Position numbers and translations under genes: made by a program. A stretch of DNA of 64,000 nucleotides. Source: an uncultured Gammaproteobacteria bacterium (lineage in GTDB: Bacteria; Pseudomonadota; Gammaproteobacteria; Thiotrichales; Thiotrichaceae). Shown in pieces: positions 63,584-64,000 of the stretch; the stretch's first letter is position 1, and every line of letters starts with the position of its first letter. Below the pieces are notes generated by a model. That model was not told the origin of the DNA and searched no databases. It worked only from the letters and a program-made list of their open reading frames with translations. The stretch spans positions 1,311-65,310 of the forward strand of contig CAVXCT010000034.1 of assembly GCA_963760355.1 (NCBI GenBank). Reading direction: 5' to 3'.

Positions 63584-64000
63584 TTAAATGTATTTAATAT
63601 CTACAATTTCGTATTCACGAATGCCGGCAGGTGCCTGAACAGTAGCTACATCGCCTTCTTCTTTGCCAATCAATGCTCTTGCAATAGGGGAAGAAACAGC
63701 AATTAAATTCTTTTTTATGTCTGCTTCAACATCACCTACTATTTGGTAAGTGACTGTATCTTCTGTATCAAGTTCTTCAAGCTCTACGGTAGCGCCAAAG
63801 ACAATCCTGCCTTCTACACCCAGACTGGTGATATCAATAATCTGCGCGGTAGATAATACAGATTCTAATTCTTGTATACGGCCTTCAGCAAAACTCTGTT
63901 GCTCTCTGGCAGCATGATATTCGGCATTTTCTTTTAAATCACCGTGTTCTCTTGCAGTTGCAATGGCTTCAACGATCTGAGGGCGAGTTACTGTTTTCAG
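63584..64000 (-). CDS. greA: Transcription elongation factor GreA, 5' end outside the window
   Basis: Manual translation: [20 protein letters not shown]...EGRI...VFGATV...YQIVG...SPIARALIG...YEIVDIKYI*. Confidence 0.95.
   Translation of the reverse strand: MKTVTRPQIVEAIATAREHGDLKENAEYHAAREQQSFAEGRIQELESVLSTAQIIDITSLGVEGRIVFGATVELEELDTEDTVTYQIVGDVEADIKKNLIAVSSPIARALIGKEEGDVATVQAPAGIREYEIVDIKYI

Overview
AT-rich gammaproteobacterial chromosomal segment, mostly housekeeping genes: pyrD, ppsR-ppsA, tatD-pilZ-holB-tmk-mltG-fabF-acpP-fabG-fabD, infA, aceK/glcB/malic enzyme, recR-ybaB-dnaX-ffs, nagZ, an RND pump, erpA-bactofilin-argC, prc, dgkA, gcvTHP with a tandem glycine riboswitch, dsbC-xerD, sucAB, dapC/dapD, ppnP and a partial greA. 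A sulfur-globule-like protein hints at a sulfur oxidiser such as Thiotrichaceae (inference only). Non-coding highlights: (1) a near-canonical XerC/XerD dif site at 8607-8634, around which gene orientation flips, so this is probably the replication terminus; (2) a dense family of about 13 intergenic, GTAG-ended REP/REPIN-like elements built from interchangeable hairpin modules, some with covarying stems, which is the best candidate for an undescribed system although no cognate transposase lies in the window; (3) an A10 run in dnaX with early stops in both shifted frames, a likely tau/gamma recoding site. The first ~10 kb carries at least 13 small indel frameshifts, most likely consensus errors, so gene breaks there should not be read as pseudogenes without checking reads. 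No tRNA, rRNA, CRISPR array or transposase was seen.
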